From the NCBI GenBank assembly GCA_030390025.1, contig CM059425.1:142042001-142106000 (forward strand): a stretch of DNA of 64,000 bases, written 5' to 3'. The stretch comes from Squalus acanthias (lineage: Eukaryota). The notes under the pieces were generated by a model. It was not told where the DNA came from, made no database searches, and saw nothing but the letters and a program-made list of their open reading frames with translations. This document shows positions 25,701-40,700 of this stretch, piece after piece. Each line of letters begins with the position of its first letter. The stretch's first letter is position 1. The position numbers and the translations under genes were made by a program.

Positions 25701-28700
25701 CATAATCTACTCAAGTGATGTTGGTTGAGAGATAAATAGTGGCCAAGACCCCGGACTCCCTTACTCTTCAAATAGTGCCATGGGATCTTTCACATCCTGA
25801 GTGGGTAGACAGAGTCTCATCTGAAAGACAGCACCTCCAACAATGCAGCTCTCCCTCAGTACTGCACTGAAGTGCCACCCTAGATTATGTGCTCAAGTCT
25901 CTGGAGTAGGGCTTGAACCTACATAGGATCAGGAGTAGGCCATTCAGTCCTTCAAGCCTGTTCTGCCATTCAATGAGAGCACGGCTGATCTGTATCTTAA
26001 CTCCATCCACCTGCCTTGGCGCCATATCCTTTTATACCCTTGTCTCGAAAAAATCTATCGATCTCAGATTTAAAATTATTAATTGAGCCGAGCACTTCTA
26101 CCACCCTTTGTGTGAAGAAGTGTTTCCTAACATCTCTCCAGAATGGCCTGGCTCTGATTTTAAGGTTATGTCCACTTGTCCTAGACGCCTTCACCAGTGG
26201 AATAAGTTTTTCCTCTATCTACCCTATCAATTTATTTCAAAATCCTAAAAACCTCATTCAAATCACCCTTAACCTTCTATATTCCACAGAATACAGCCTA
26301 GTTTATGTAATCTTTCCTCATAATTTAAGCTTTGGAGCCCTGGTAACATTCTAGAGAATCAGTGCTGCACTCCTTCCAAGGCCAATATATCCTTTCTAAG
26401 GTGCAGTGCCCAGAACTGTACACAGTACCCCAGATGTGGTCTAACTAGGGCTTTGCATAGCTGTAGCAAAACTTCCTCCCCTTTATATTCTATCCCTCTA
26501 GTTATAAAAGCTAACGTTCCATTAGCCTTTTTGATTTTTTTTGTACTCGACTACTATGTTTTAGTGGTCTGTGTACATGGACCCCTAAATCTATTTTGAC
26601 TGCCACTGTTCCTAGCTGTTCACCATTTAAATACCATGATCTATCCTTTTTTGGTCCAAAATGGATGTCCTCACACTTACCTACATTGTAATGCATCTGC
26701 CACAATTTCGACCACTCACAATCTATCAATGGGCCAGAAATTCAGCTCTCCGGCTTCCCGCGGGTGCAAGAATCGCGCGCGTACTTACATACCGCGCCTG
26801 CCGTCGTGCTTCGGGCCCACGTGGAATTCGGCTCCTGGGCCTCCTGCAGCTGCCGGCGCGCAGTGCTTGCGTATCCCAGGGGCGCAGTTAGTTCAAAGCG
26901 TCCCCTGGGATCACGTGGGCCATGGAGAGCCAATCGGAAATCTTCATTCATAGATTTTGACAGGAAGACCTGTCAAATCTATGAATAGAGATCGGTCCCA
27001 AAACCTCACTAAAACTTCAAATAAATTTTTTTTAAAAATCACATTTTTAAAATAACTAAATTACATAAATTAACTACTTTAAACAAAAATTTAAATTTTT
27101 GAAAAAAAATTACACTTAACGGTGCTAAAAATAAACTTACCTTTCTTTAAAGTATGTAAAAAAGATAAACCTGTTGAAAAAATGTTTAAATTGTACTTAA
27201 TTCACCACTGACCTTGTTAAAAGCAGGCCTTGCGCCTCCTTTTTCCCCGCGCAGCTTCTCCGTACTTACCCTCACGGAGAAACCTAAAAAAAAACGAAGT
27301 TCGCTGCGTGTGCGCTGCCTCTCCGGCGCACGCATTCGACCTCTGAACCCCTTCCTTCAGGGGAACGGAAGTTCTGGTTTCCAGCGTATGCGCGAAACCG
27401 GCACTTTCGTTGGGTCTACGGGCGAGTACCCAGCGCGTACTCACCCATGGAGACCCGAATTTCTGGCCCATTGTCTCTTTGTAATTTTATGCTTCCATCT
27501 ACACGACTTACCACACCACCAATTGTTGTGTCATCAGCAAACTTGGATATATGGCACTCTATTGTGTTAACTAAGTCATTAATAAATATAAATATAGTGA
27601 AAAGTTGAGGTCCCGGCACATATCCTTGCGGGACACTACTAGTCACTTCCTTCCAATGTGAGTACATATCCACTATCCCTACTCTGTTTACTTCTGCCCA
27701 ACCAATCTCCTAACCAGGTCAATAATTTGCCCTTTAATTCAATGACCTTTAATTTTAGCTAACAGTCTCTTGTGTGGAACGAATGCCTTCTGGAAGTCCA
27801 TATGAACTACATTCACAGACATTCCTATAGTTACTTCCTCAAAAAATTCTATTAGGTTTGTTGGACATGACCTACCTGTTACAAATCCATGCTGGCTCTC
27901 TCTAATCAGCTCAAATTTCTCTAAGTGCTGAGTCACTCTGTCCTTAATTATAGATTCCAATAACTTCCCCACAACAGACGTTAGACTAACAGATCTATAA
28001 TTTCCTGGTTTCTCTCTCTCACTTTTGTTGTAATTCATACAGAATCTTTTTAAGACTCTGTAGACTGTTTGCGGTAGTGTACTGTTAAACACTCTGTTTG
28101 CAGAGTCCTGCCACAAGGCCAACCCCACCTCCAACTTATTGGCTGACATAATGTAACTCATTGGCCTGTAATTTGTGGTCAGCAGCGAACCTAAGGCGCT
28201 TACTGCAGACCTCGAAGCAAGCTGCCCACAAAGTTCTCGCGATCTCTGTAGCAAGACGTTTGCCTTTCTCGATGTGCAATTGAATGTAGCGCTGCGTAAC
28301 GGGAATCCCCAGCAAAGAGCTGCAGTGACGTCAACAAGCTGTCTAAGTAGCCAATCACATTGAAGAATTCTCACAGACAGCAAACCAGGAAATGAAAAGC
28401 AGCTTTTATCTGCACTTTTAAAAAATGTTAGAGAGCGAAATAAAGATTGAGACTTTCACATGGAGATAAGGTAGAAGCTAAAATTTCATGAACAAACTTT
28501 AAAAAAAGATAATTTAAATTCAATTTCAAAATGTAGAAATTTGACACTCCACAAATATAAAAATTCGTTTTTCAGGGATAGTACGGTTGTTTAGCAGTCA
28601 ATACACTGTTAAAACCCCAGTTACACCTGTCCCAACAAGGTTTAACATTTAATGCGGTATTTAACATGCATTAGCACAGAAAAGCCCAAGTTTTCAATCA

Positions 28701-31700
28701 GTTCCACTGATTACCGGCTATTAAGGGAGGTTCCACAGCGTAGCCTGCGTCGGAGCAGTGAATGGCTGACTGTAACTTCCCCCGTTTAGATGCGCTTGCG
28801 CTAAATCCTGAAGTTGCGGTCAGTTTCAGAGGGGACAATGAGCTGTCATTACCCACCGCAAAATCCAGGCTAATGGCCGACACAGTGGTGTCAATAGACA
28901 CTGGCAAATCAGTGCCATCAACATGGCAAGTTCAGCGTGCAACATATCACATCTCCAGACCCAATTTGTGTTATGAAAATAGAAAATTTAGTTTTGCTCT
29001 CCCTCAAATTCAGGAGGAAGATTGCTTTTTGTTAATTTGCCACCTGAATCAAGAATCCAGAAATTTATTGGTGGAAACCAGTTAGATTACATAGAATTTA
29101 CAGCACAGAAACAGGTCATTCTACCCAACTGGTCTATGCTGGTGTTCATGCTCCACACGAGCTTCCTCCCACCCTACTTCATCTAACCCTATCTGCAAAA
29201 CCTTCTAAAGGTCCCTACACATAAAGCATGTAGATGGTCAACTGTGATGTTTTATCAATGCTCTATGTTAAAGCTATCCTGATTAAAATATGTCATTAAT
29301 ACTGCAGTGGTACATGTTAATTATATTCAACACTTGGTGATTGCCCGGATACATGTGTGTTAATCAACTGCATTGCCTTTTTTGTGTATACATTACACAC
29401 ATACTTCACGCAAAGTAAAAAAGGAATCATACATGCTAAACTAGAAAGCTAACAGCACTTGATAGCTTTAAAAAAAGCTGACAACTTGAAAAACAGCCCG
29501 AGCATGAGTCTTTGACTGGGGTCACTGGTTTTCAGTGAGTGAGTGAAAATCTATTTTTATTACTCGAGATTTCATTTTTTTTATAAACCAGATGACATTC
29601 CACAATTTGGTTAATAGTTTTGTGTGAAATTTTGTACTTAGTTATAAATTACAGAAAAAGTGCGGTTTTTTTTGTTGCAGTATCTGGTTTAGAAATTTCT
29701 GAAAGGGGATGCAAAATTTAGCAAGCTTGAGATTTTTTTCCGGGGGTAAAGCCGGAAGAGTCTGGGGCGATAGCACACTCGGGGAATGCTAGAGAGATAA
29801 ATAGACATTGATTTGCCCGGGTCTTCCATGGTGTTGAGTCTTAGCCAGTACAGGACTATATGCTGACCAAAGGAAGATATAACCCTAGCCCAGCTTTCTA
29901 AGCATGGGGTTAAATGTTTAAATCACCTACCTGGTGCTAGTAGGCGAGAGCGGGAGAACCATCACGCAAGTTTCGTGCGTGCACTCGAGATTTGTCATTC
30001 TGGGGTTGAGGACAAGGCAGCGTCACACGTTTAAATACAGCAGATTTTTGATAGCAATCTCCGACAAAACACAGCAGCCCCCCCGGAAAAAAAATTGCTA
30101 CCGGTTGTCATGCAAGTACAGAAGTCATTCTCCCAGCTTGCAGTTGCGGTTTCAGGCTAACACCTTACTTACAGTAACCCAATTCAATCTAAGAAAAGCA
30201 GTAAAAAGTGAAGGAAAAAAATAACTATGGGCAAAAATGCTCCATTTATTTTCCAGACTTCCACACGATCTGCTATCACCTGGATAAAAACCTGTTGAAG
30301 CTGCGCGACCTGACTGCATGAGAGTTTGAGCGGGAAAAGCCCAGTAAGATCTAGATTGGCGATTGCCACGAGTTGGCGAGTGGCGTGTCCCAGCTTGTGG
30401 TGCTCAATGAAGTGTCCTGGGTACAGCAGTGTTAGGTATATGCCCTATTCAGAAAATAACCGTCTCTTACCTGCTCATATATATGGAGAGGAGGTCGGGT
30501 GGGGAAAGAAATACAACCTAATCTACCGGCCAGCTCGCTCTAACAGGTTTGCAGTAACTGGACATCGGAAGTAGGCTCCTTGCAGCAGAGAAAAACTCCT
30601 CGAACGTATCCTTTCAAAAAAAATCGTCCAATCCCAACCGCAGGTTCCAACCAGTCTGAACATACTCTTATACGGAGTTTTGATTATAATTGACAACCTT
30701 TGTTTGCTGTCTCGCAGCACACGACGGTCTTTTCGTAAATTTGTTTGGGGATTGTTACTTTTTCAGATACATTAGCAAACTGGACAGTGGGATTTTTGCT
30801 GGACTGTTTATTCTGTGCACGCAACATTTTTTAGTCACATTAGATTCCTACTGGGATAAGTTTACATACAATGTACTTTTTAGGACTATTCGTAAGCATT
30901 ATCGGAGGTAGCAATTTGACATCTGCATGGGGAATGTATTTCTCCCTTGCAGATACTTCAGATTTATCGAGATGCCATTGAACATCACTTTGGGGTTGTC
31001 TATTTACAGAGCAGTTAACTTTCCTTCGTTTTGGCGGGAGAAGAAGCGATGTACAATTTGCTCTGTTTGGTTCAGCAGGTAATCATAGAATCATAAGCTT
31101 ATATAAACTGCTGGCAATTGTTTTGGACAGGGTGACCAGCTATTACTAAAATTATAGTTTTGGTACTCGAAATTGTCCTGTTATATTGGTAATACCTGCC
31201 TTAGTACAATAATAAAATGTATTGCATTTATATAGTGCCGATCACACTGAAAATTCACACAATGAATTACTTAGACAAAGGTGGCAGTCATCCTGTAACA
31301 AAAATGTATGATCACTTACTCTGTTTTTTTCCTGGTATTAATTGAGGGAGGAACATTAGTCAGGACTCAAATAAAACTCTCAGCTCTTCAAAAAGTATCA
31401 TGGATGTTTAATATCCACCTGAATCACCAAGGCAGACAGACAGCTTTGGTTCATGAAATAAAAACAGAAAATGCTGGAAATACACAGCAGGTCTGACGAA
31501 AGGTCATTGACCTGAAACGTTAACTCTGTTTCTCTCTCCACAAATGCTGCCTGACCTGCTGAGTATTTCCAGCATTTTCTGTTTTTATTTCAGATTTCCA
31601 GCATCTGCAGTATTTTGCTTTTGTTTGAGACAGCTTTGGTTCTGTGTGTGGTCTGAAAAACAGGACTTCTGATAATACTGCACTGCAGTGCCAGACTAGT

Positions 31701-34700
31701 TTAGCTCAAACCCCAATGTGGGACTCCAACCCACAATCCTCTGGGTCAGATGCAAAAGTGCTACAACTGGGCAAAGCTGACATGATATGCACTTAATTTT
31801 TTCCCTTCTGCTTAAATCCATATCATTCCTTATATGCAAGTTGATTATTGAACTCTTGCTTTGAGCTGGATGTGGTTAGAGAAAAGAAAAGCAGCAAAGT
31901 GAGGGAGATATTTATTTAAAACAGGAGGTTCCCAAACTGGGGGGAGGGTGATGGTTAATGGGGGGCATGAGGAGAATGGGCTGGCTCACAGCATCAATCA
32001 GAAGAACGTGCTACTGGAGGAGGCAGAACTGGTGGACATTGATGCTTTGCTCTTAGCGTAGAGGAAAATACAGAGGAAAGAGCAAAAATGAGAGAATGCA
32101 GCAGTAATGTGCAGAGTACAGGAAATGTAGGGGCCTGGAGAGAATAACCTTAACAGTTGCTGTTATTTGCAATGCTCATTTGCTCAATGGGTGCTCGCAG
32201 CCCACATCCTGCACCACTGGAGGTAATTCAATTCTGGAGTTCAAATGTCAAGGAATAAGCTCACCAGTACTAAATGCCTCCCTGAAATCAAACCCTGCAC
32301 TCAATATTATTCATTACACCTCATGTGTAAACCAAAGAACACAAATGTTTACTTTTCCCATAAGCAGTACTGCTACAGTACAGATTATACTGCAAGTTTG
32401 GTAAATGCACCTCATACAAAAGGCTGCCATGTTAATGTCCTTCATGAATGATTGTCACAGAGCAAGGTTTGTTCATGGCAAAAAAGGCTCAATGGGCCAA
32501 ATGGCATACTCCCATTCATAGAAACTTAATTGACTGGGCTTGGTGAACCAGATACTGCTGTAACAACTTACATTTACATTGTGCCTTTAATGAGAAAAAC
32601 ATCCCAAGGCACTTCAGATAGGCATACTGAAAACAGATACCGGGCCAGGAAAGGCTAAGATTTCATTTGAACGTGCCCTGAATATACACCTTCTTCCCTA
32701 AAACATGCATATTTACAATCCTTTCTCCAGATATAAGATTTAGCGACAGTATTTACATACATTTAGATTTTTTTTTTGAAGTAATTGTACACAGCTTGCA
32801 GGAGGGTACTCTGAGTACAAGCAATGTGCATGATGAAACAAAATCTGACTAGAATCTGAAATATAGGAAGCATGACTGTTCTCTTCCTCACATTACGCTC
32901 TTGTTGAAAATTCAAGATATTCACTAATCATTATGGATTCAGAGTAGCCACTTAACATCAACTTACTGGCAATTAATATGTAGAACAGTAACTCTACTGA
33001 TGTTGGCTGTGGTGACTGGCAAAATCTCAGCAGCAAAGTATTGGATCACAATATCTGTATTTTAATTTTAAACATATAAATAAACAGGATATCCAAAATA
33101 CTGGAAAAACTGAAAGAGTCAAATGAAAAAAAGTTACCTGTTGGTTTCTGTTTCTGTTGTTTCTTTGCTCTCTTTTTGCTTTGAGTTCCCGGTTTTGCAA
33201 ATAAAGTTAGCTTTGATTTCTTTTCATCACTATGTAGCCCCCCGGGCAAATTTACTGAACTTTCAGATTCTGGGAGCTTCTTCGAAGTAATCATACCCTG
33301 CTCAGACAGTCTGGACTTTTCAGTTCTGTTTCTGTTTTCCTCAACACAGAAATGTGGTTCCTGGTGTAATTCCTCTCGCTGTTCTTGTAATTCCCCCTGC
33401 TCTTCAGCTCCGTCAAATTCAACTATAGATTTGTCCCTTGGTGGTCTTAGTTTTAATTCTCCTAATTTTTTTTGTTTGGGAGACAAATGTTTAGAGTGGG
33501 ATAAAGATTCATTTCGTATTTCCTGTTGCTCTCTCTCAGTATTGGCAACAGTTTTATCATTTTTCAACAGACATGCAGATCTTTTCCCAGATTCCTTTGG
33601 TTGATTTTCATTTTTTTTGTTTTTCTTGTTCTGAGCTAACTGTTTTTCATCATTGTTCTTTTTTGATTGAATGGCAACTTCTTTTCTTGTTGCATCTGTC
33701 TTCTGCCTTTTTTCTTTCTTTTTCGTTTCCTTTGCATCAGAGACAGATTTCTTTTCCTGTTCAGTTGGATCCTGGTTTGGTACCATGGCTTTCTTCGGTA
33801 TTGTAATCCATGATTCAAAACAGAAGCTCTCCTCTTCTTCCAATTCAAACTCAAACTCACGGTTAGGTGCTGAAGTAATGGGAATAACTTGTTTTGGTTG
33901 TGGTAATGCAGAAACAGCTGGCCTGTGAAGACATTTTTTTTTTAAGTTATCAATTTCTACTCTAGTCTGGAGAGTATTGTTGGTATTAAGCCTAATCAAA
34001 TGTGTAATAGTGGCCAGTAATGTTGGGAATATGATAACATGCTCTCTTACTATCCATTTTAAAATTGTCGTAAGAATATTTTTTTTTATGTTAACCGAAT
34101 CAATTTATGCAAAAAGTCAATTACATTGGCAGGTTAGGTGCTCAAGAGCCTCATATTGCCAAACTAAAGTATTGTTCATTTGTTATGTTCACCTCGCTCA
34201 ATTGGGACAGGCATTACTGGAGAAGCTGCAGTGAGAAAGCTGAAGTCTGCATTTAAAGGTGAGCTGCTTTAAAATCTCTTTCCAGTTTCTAGATTTTTGC
34301 ACATTATAGGAACTGGTACCGAACTTAGCAACAGAACCATCAAATGCTGGAAAAGGCTATCAAGTACACAAGGCACAGTATTAAATCCCACCACTACACT
34401 ACTGTAGCAGGGAGTTATCTGGTAATGGCAATAGGGGTGTGTCTAAGCTTTAACAGGGAAGCAGTGACAAGAGCTGTGCAATCCCCTTTCAGAAAACCTC
34501 TAGACAATATGCAACATCTGCATGGCAGTGACACTGCCCAACATCAGCATGGGCCTTGTTTTTTATGCACCAAGCTCTCTCCTGGCTAGCAGAGGACATT
34601 TGCAGTGTTAGCTGCATCAAGGTGGTGACAGATGCATAATTTAACAGACAATGACATCACCACTGTTGCCTCTGACCAACATCAAATAACACAAGAAGGC

Positions 34701-37700
34701 AACACAGTTCTACAGAACTGCTTTCCAGAGCCCAGGGGGTCACCTGCACCATATTGTCTTTCGGACTTCTACACAAATCTGTGCCCTAATGACTAAAGGG
34801 ATTTTAGTCTCTTAATGTGAATATGGTACGCAACCACCACCAGAGAGCCAGCAGGTCAATACCTGCTTCCTCATGAACTCTCGAGATGTTTTAATTTGAA
34901 ATCAGACATCTGTGCCATCCTTTATTTGAAAATAAATGAAGAATGGAAGGATTGCAGGTGTAATAAAGCTAATGCTACAACTATAATTATCAAATATCCC
35001 ATTGGGATCTTCAGGCAACACTTCAGATAGCTGAACTCATCTGCAGCAAACTTACAGTGCAACCCACCTCCCCAGGTGTCCTTCATTCTGAAAATGCTAC
35101 AGTGAAATCAGCAGCAGTACTAGCAATCCAGCAGCATAGACTGGTGAGCCAGGCATTAATTCCACAATTCCAGATGCCTTCCCATGAGTGCAACAGCAAT
35201 ACCGTTTCTTAAAAAGACAAACCATATCTGCAAATTAATTGTACCTAGACCACCTTATCCTCCATTTTTATGCAACCAGGTGAATTTCTAAGTTTCTACA
35301 TTAAATGTGCTCATTTTTTCACCTAAAACATATAGTTTTCATAACTCAGTACTGAAAGAACATTTATTGATCTAGGAAGACACAAGATGGTAATATCAAC
35401 ATTTAAGATAGATAGGAGGGAAATAATTTATAAACTAGACAAACTTAGAGGATAAAACCCCTTGCCCAGATGGATTACATCTGTGCATACTCAAAGAAGC
35501 TAAGGAAGTGATAACAGAGGCACTATATGCATTAGAGGGAAAGATAGAGCAAATCCAGGGAACTATAGATCAGTTAGCTTTACTTCAGTGGTAGGAAAGA
35601 TAATGGAATCTTTACTCAAAGATGTAATAGAAAAACCATTTAGAAACTGAAAATATAATAAAGAGTAGTGAGCACAGATTTCAAAAGGGAAGGTAATGCT
35701 TGACCAACCTTATTGAATTCTTTGAAGAAGTAACAAAGAGTAGACATGGGTAATGCAGTAAATGTAATGTATTTGGATTTTCAAAAGGCCTTCGATAAGG
35801 TACTGCAAAGTTGACTCATGACTAAGGTCAGAGCATGTGGAGTCAGAGGACAAGTAGCAGAATGGATAGCAAGTTGGCTACAGAATAGGAAACAGAAAAT
35901 AGGGGTTAAAGGTAGTTACTCAGACTGGCGGAAGGTGTGAAGTGGTGTTCGACAGGGATTGGTGCTGGGACCACTGTTGTTTACCAGTTACATAAATGAT
36001 TTGAACTCGGGAATTGGAAGTACAATATGAAAATTTACAGTTGATACCAAATTGGAGGTAGTCAATATTGAGGAAGACTGCAACAATATACAAGAAGTCA
36101 TCAGCAAACTTGCAGAATTGGAATGTAAATGGCAAATTAATTCCAACATAGATAATTGGGATGGTGCATTTTGGTAGAAGGAATAAAGAGGCCACCTACT
36201 CCTTGGAAAATAAGAGTCTAAATGGGGTCGAGGCGCAAAGGGATATAGGGGTACAGATTCAGAAATCATTAAAAAGTAGCAACACAGGTTAGCAAAGCCA
36301 TAAGAAGTGCAAACAAAGGGATTCATTTCTAGAGGAATAGAATTTAAAGAAAAAGTTACGTAAAACTTATATAGAACTTTGGTTAGACCACACGGAGTAC
36401 CGTGAACAGTTCAGGTCTCCATATTACAAAAAGGATATAGAAGTACTGGAGAAAGTACAAAAAAGATTTACAAGGATGATGCCAGAAATGAGAGGGTACA
36501 ACTATCAGAAAAGACTGAACAGACTGGGGCTCTTTTCTCTAGAAAAGAGAGGTGTGACCTGATAGAGGTCTTTAAAATTATGAAAGCGTTTGATAGGGTG
36601 CATGTAGAGACGATGTTTACACTTGTTTGGGGGGGGGGGGGGGGTGGGGGGAAACCAAAACTAGGGGCTGTAAATATAAGATAGATAGTCACCAATAAAT
36701 CCAATAGGGAATTCAGAAGAAACTTCTTTACCCAAAGAGTGGTAAGAATGTGGAACTTGCTACCACAAGGAGTGGTTGAGGCGAATAGCATAGATGCATT
36801 TAAGGGGAAGCTAGATAAGCACATGAGAAAAGAATAGGATATGCTGATTGGGTTCAATGAAGAGGGGTGGGAGGAGGCTCGTGTGAAGCATAAACGCCGG
36901 CGTAGACCAGTTCAAGATATATACAGCAGACCCAAATTCCCAACAGCTCTTGCTGTCTAATTGTGGAGCTTGTTAGAAATGGCAACAACAAACACCCAAT
37001 GGTGTTTCATCTGATGAAGCTTGGTCATGTATTTAGCCTATTCCTTCATCATGGTCCTATGAAATTGGTCCCTCAAATGGTTCAGGGCCAGTTAATCCAC
37101 TCTTGAGCTCAAGTCTACTTTTGTGCCTCAAATCAAAGGCAAGATTCTTGTGTCTCGGGTATTGTCTAAATGAGCTCACCATTCTAGAAGGAGACAGTCA
37201 CCAATATAAATGCTGCAAGAGTTGCAGGTTGCTCAGTGTTCTGTGTCCACCAAGAGTGGAGCATTAGCATCAGCAGGTTGGTACCACATCCAGCGCAGTG
37301 TTGAATGGGTTTGCTTAACTATTTTAGCAGCAAAGAAAACTGCTTTTGACTGTACAGAGGTTCAACCATTAGGATTTAAAACTAATTAGCAAAACCAAAA
37401 TAGTTAAACATGAATAGAACTTTCTCTGATGTGAGAGTCAAGGTCTTGCTGCCTTGACAGAAAGATACGAGGACTTGCCTCAGATTACGACTGCAATATT
37501 GCAGCATGTGATCAACTAGGGCAGAACATTTCTTGGACTGCGTCCCATAAATTATAGCAAATTTGCATTTCTTTGTGGCGGTTGAATTGCTAAAAATGAG
37601 TTTTGAAAAAAAAAAGTCTTTAGTTTTCTTCTTCCTTCCCCCAAATTCCAATAAAGTAATTCTCCAAGGAATGTTAAATGATATTTTTGAGCTTTACCTC

Positions 37701-40700
37701 CAAATGCAAAACTGAAGTAACAAAGTTCTGACCACTTAACATAATGGGCTTGTTACAACTGTCGTGAAATAATTTTTGAGAGCCTTAACTGAAGATTTTT
37801 TTTAAAGTTTCCTCTCCACAATATTTCCTTTGCGACTTTTCCATAATCATGCTAATCGAGAGAGATTCCAACGCCATATAGCCTCTAATATAGAAAAAGT
37901 TCCATGGCACATCTAGTGAAAAATAGTTTTGGTCTTCAAAACTCAAACATACTGCTTTAGCAAAAAGAGCCTGCACAGGGGCAGTGAGCCAAATGGCTTC
38001 CTTCTGTGTTGTAAACATTTGGTTCTATGCTTGGGAAATTATTGCTGTGACTAATCCTTGAGATCAGACCTTAAATCCTTTTTAAAAAGTCCTATTAAGA
38101 AATCATAATCATAACATTCCTATAAAGAAGGTATCAAGACTTACTTTATCCCAAATCTGTAAAATGACGACTTAGGAAACACAGATGCTTGTTCTTTCTT
38201 CTGTTTTTCAAGTCCGGAGGTGGACGGGACAACATTCTCAGTTGGATACCTATTTTGTTTATTATCCACACATGTGCTGTTCACGACTGCCGGTGTTTCA
38301 CTTACATTCAAACTTGGTCTGCAACAGAGTTATTGAGAACTTAGCAGTGACAACACAAAAGAAAAATCTAGGATTTAAGAGGCAAGGAGAGTTTTTAATG
38401 AGTAACCTGTAAAAGGAAGCACATTTCTTGAACTATAATTTATCAAGTAGAAGTTGCTGCAGCTTTCTGCAGAAATTTGATAAATCAACAGTATCCTATA
38501 TTTATATAGCGCCTTTAATGTACTAAAATATCCCAAGGCACTTCACAGGAGTGCTATCAAAAAAATAAATTGACACCAAGCTATAAAAGGAGATGTTAGG
38601 GCAGATGACCAAAAGCTTGGTCGAAGAGGTAGGTTTTAAGGAGCGTCTTAAAAGGAGGAAAGTGAAGAGGCGGAGAGATTTAGGGAGGGAGTTCCAGAGC
38701 TTAGGACCTAGGCAGCTGAAGGCACCACCGCCAATGGTGGAGCATTTAAAATCAGGGACGTTCAAAAGGCCAGAATAGGCAGAGCGCAGAGGTCTAGGGG
38801 GATTATACGGCTGGAGGAGATTACACAGATGTAAGATGGGGCAAGGCCATGGAGGGATTTGAAAACAATGATGAGAATTTTAAAATTGAGGCGTTGCTTA
38901 ACTGGGAGCCAATATAGATCAGCAAGCACAGGGGAGATGGGTGAGCAGGACTTGGTACAAGTTAGCACACGGGTGGCAGAGTTTTGGATGACCTCAAGTT
39001 TATGGAGGGTAGAACTACGGAGGCCGGCCAGGAGTGCATTGGAATAGTCAAGTCTAGAGGTGATAAAGGCATGGATGAAGGTTTCAGCAGCAGATAAGTT
39101 GAGGTAAGGGCGGAGACGGGCGATATTACGAAGATGTAATGGGCAGTCTTGGTGATAGAACGGATGAGAAGTAGGAAGCTCAATACATGATCATATGATG
39201 TCAAGGTTGCGAACAGACTTGGTCAGCCTTAGAGAGTTGCCGGGGAGAGAGATCAAATCAATGGAAAGGGAATGGAGTTTGTGGCATGAACCGAAGACAA
39301 TGTTTCAGTCTTCCCAATATTTAATTGGAGGAAATTTCTACTCATCTAATGCTGGATGTCGGACAAGCAATCTGATAGTATAGAGACGGTGGAGGGTTCA
39401 AGAGAGGTAGAGCTGGGTATCATCAGAGTACTTGTGAAAACTCATGTTGTGTTGTTAGATGATGTCACCGAGGGGGAGCATGTAGCTGAGAAATATGAGG
39501 GGGCCAAGGACAGATCCTTGGGGGACACCAGAGGTGACAGTGCGGGATCGGGAAGAGAAGCCATTGCTGGTGATTCTATGGTTACAGCTGGAAAGATAGG
39601 AACTAAACCAGGCGAGTGCAGTCCCATCCAGCTGAACAACAGTGGAGAGGCGTTGGAGCAGAATTTTGTGGTCAACCACGTCAAAGGTTGCAGACAGGGC
39701 CAGAAGGACGAGAAATGATAGATTACCTTTGTCGCAGTCAATTAGGATGTCATTTGTAACCTTAGTAAGAGCAGTTTCAGTACTGTGGCAGGGACGGAAG
39801 CCTAATTGGAGGGATTCAAACAAGGAGTTCTGGGAAAGATGGGCACAGATTTGGGAGGTGACAACACGTTCAAGAACTTTGGAGAGGAAAGAGAGGTTGG
39901 AGATGGTGCAAGGGTTTGCAAGGATAGAGGGTCAAGGGTTTTTTTTTTTTGAGAGGGGTGCTGACGGCAGATTTGAAGGAAAGGGGGAAAATACCGGAGG
40001 AGAGACACCGTTAACAACATCCACTAACATGGGAGCCAGGCAGGAAAGTTGGGTTGTCAGCAATTTAGTAGGAATAGGGTCGAGAGAGCAGGTCGGTCAG
40101 TCTCATTGACCAGATGAGCTTTGAAAGTGCAAGAGGGGAGACAGGAGAGAAATGAGAAATATGCAAATTTAGGGTTAAGGCAGGGGGAAAACAGAGAGGA
40201 AGCAAGGTCCAGTGAGCTAGGGGAAGGGAGGGAATTGAAAGCAGAAGCAGTTGAACGGATGTTGTCAATCTTTTTAACAAAGAAGTCTGTGAGCTCCTCA
40301 CATTTATTGTTGGAGGTGAGGGAGGAGGAAGGAGAGGGTGGTTTGAGAAGATGGTTAGTTGTGGATAATCGGGGGGCAGTACTGTGTGGCGGGGGCAGGT
40401 TGGTAGAGGACCTTTGTCTTACTGTGAAGAGAAGCCTGGTGTTATTTTTGCCATCAGCTAATGATTATCAAGTATACAAGTGTACAACAGTGCCCCAACT
40501 GTAACAGTCAACGTGTTAAATTTCATAGAATCATACAGCACAGAAAGAGGCCTTTCAGCCCCTTGTGCTTCTGCCAGCTCTTTGAAAGAGCTATCTTATT
40601 GGTCCCATTTCCTTGCCCTTTCCCCATAGTCCTGCAAATGATTTGTGCTTTTCAAGTATATATCCAATTCCTTTTTGAAAGTTACTTGTGAATCTTCTGC

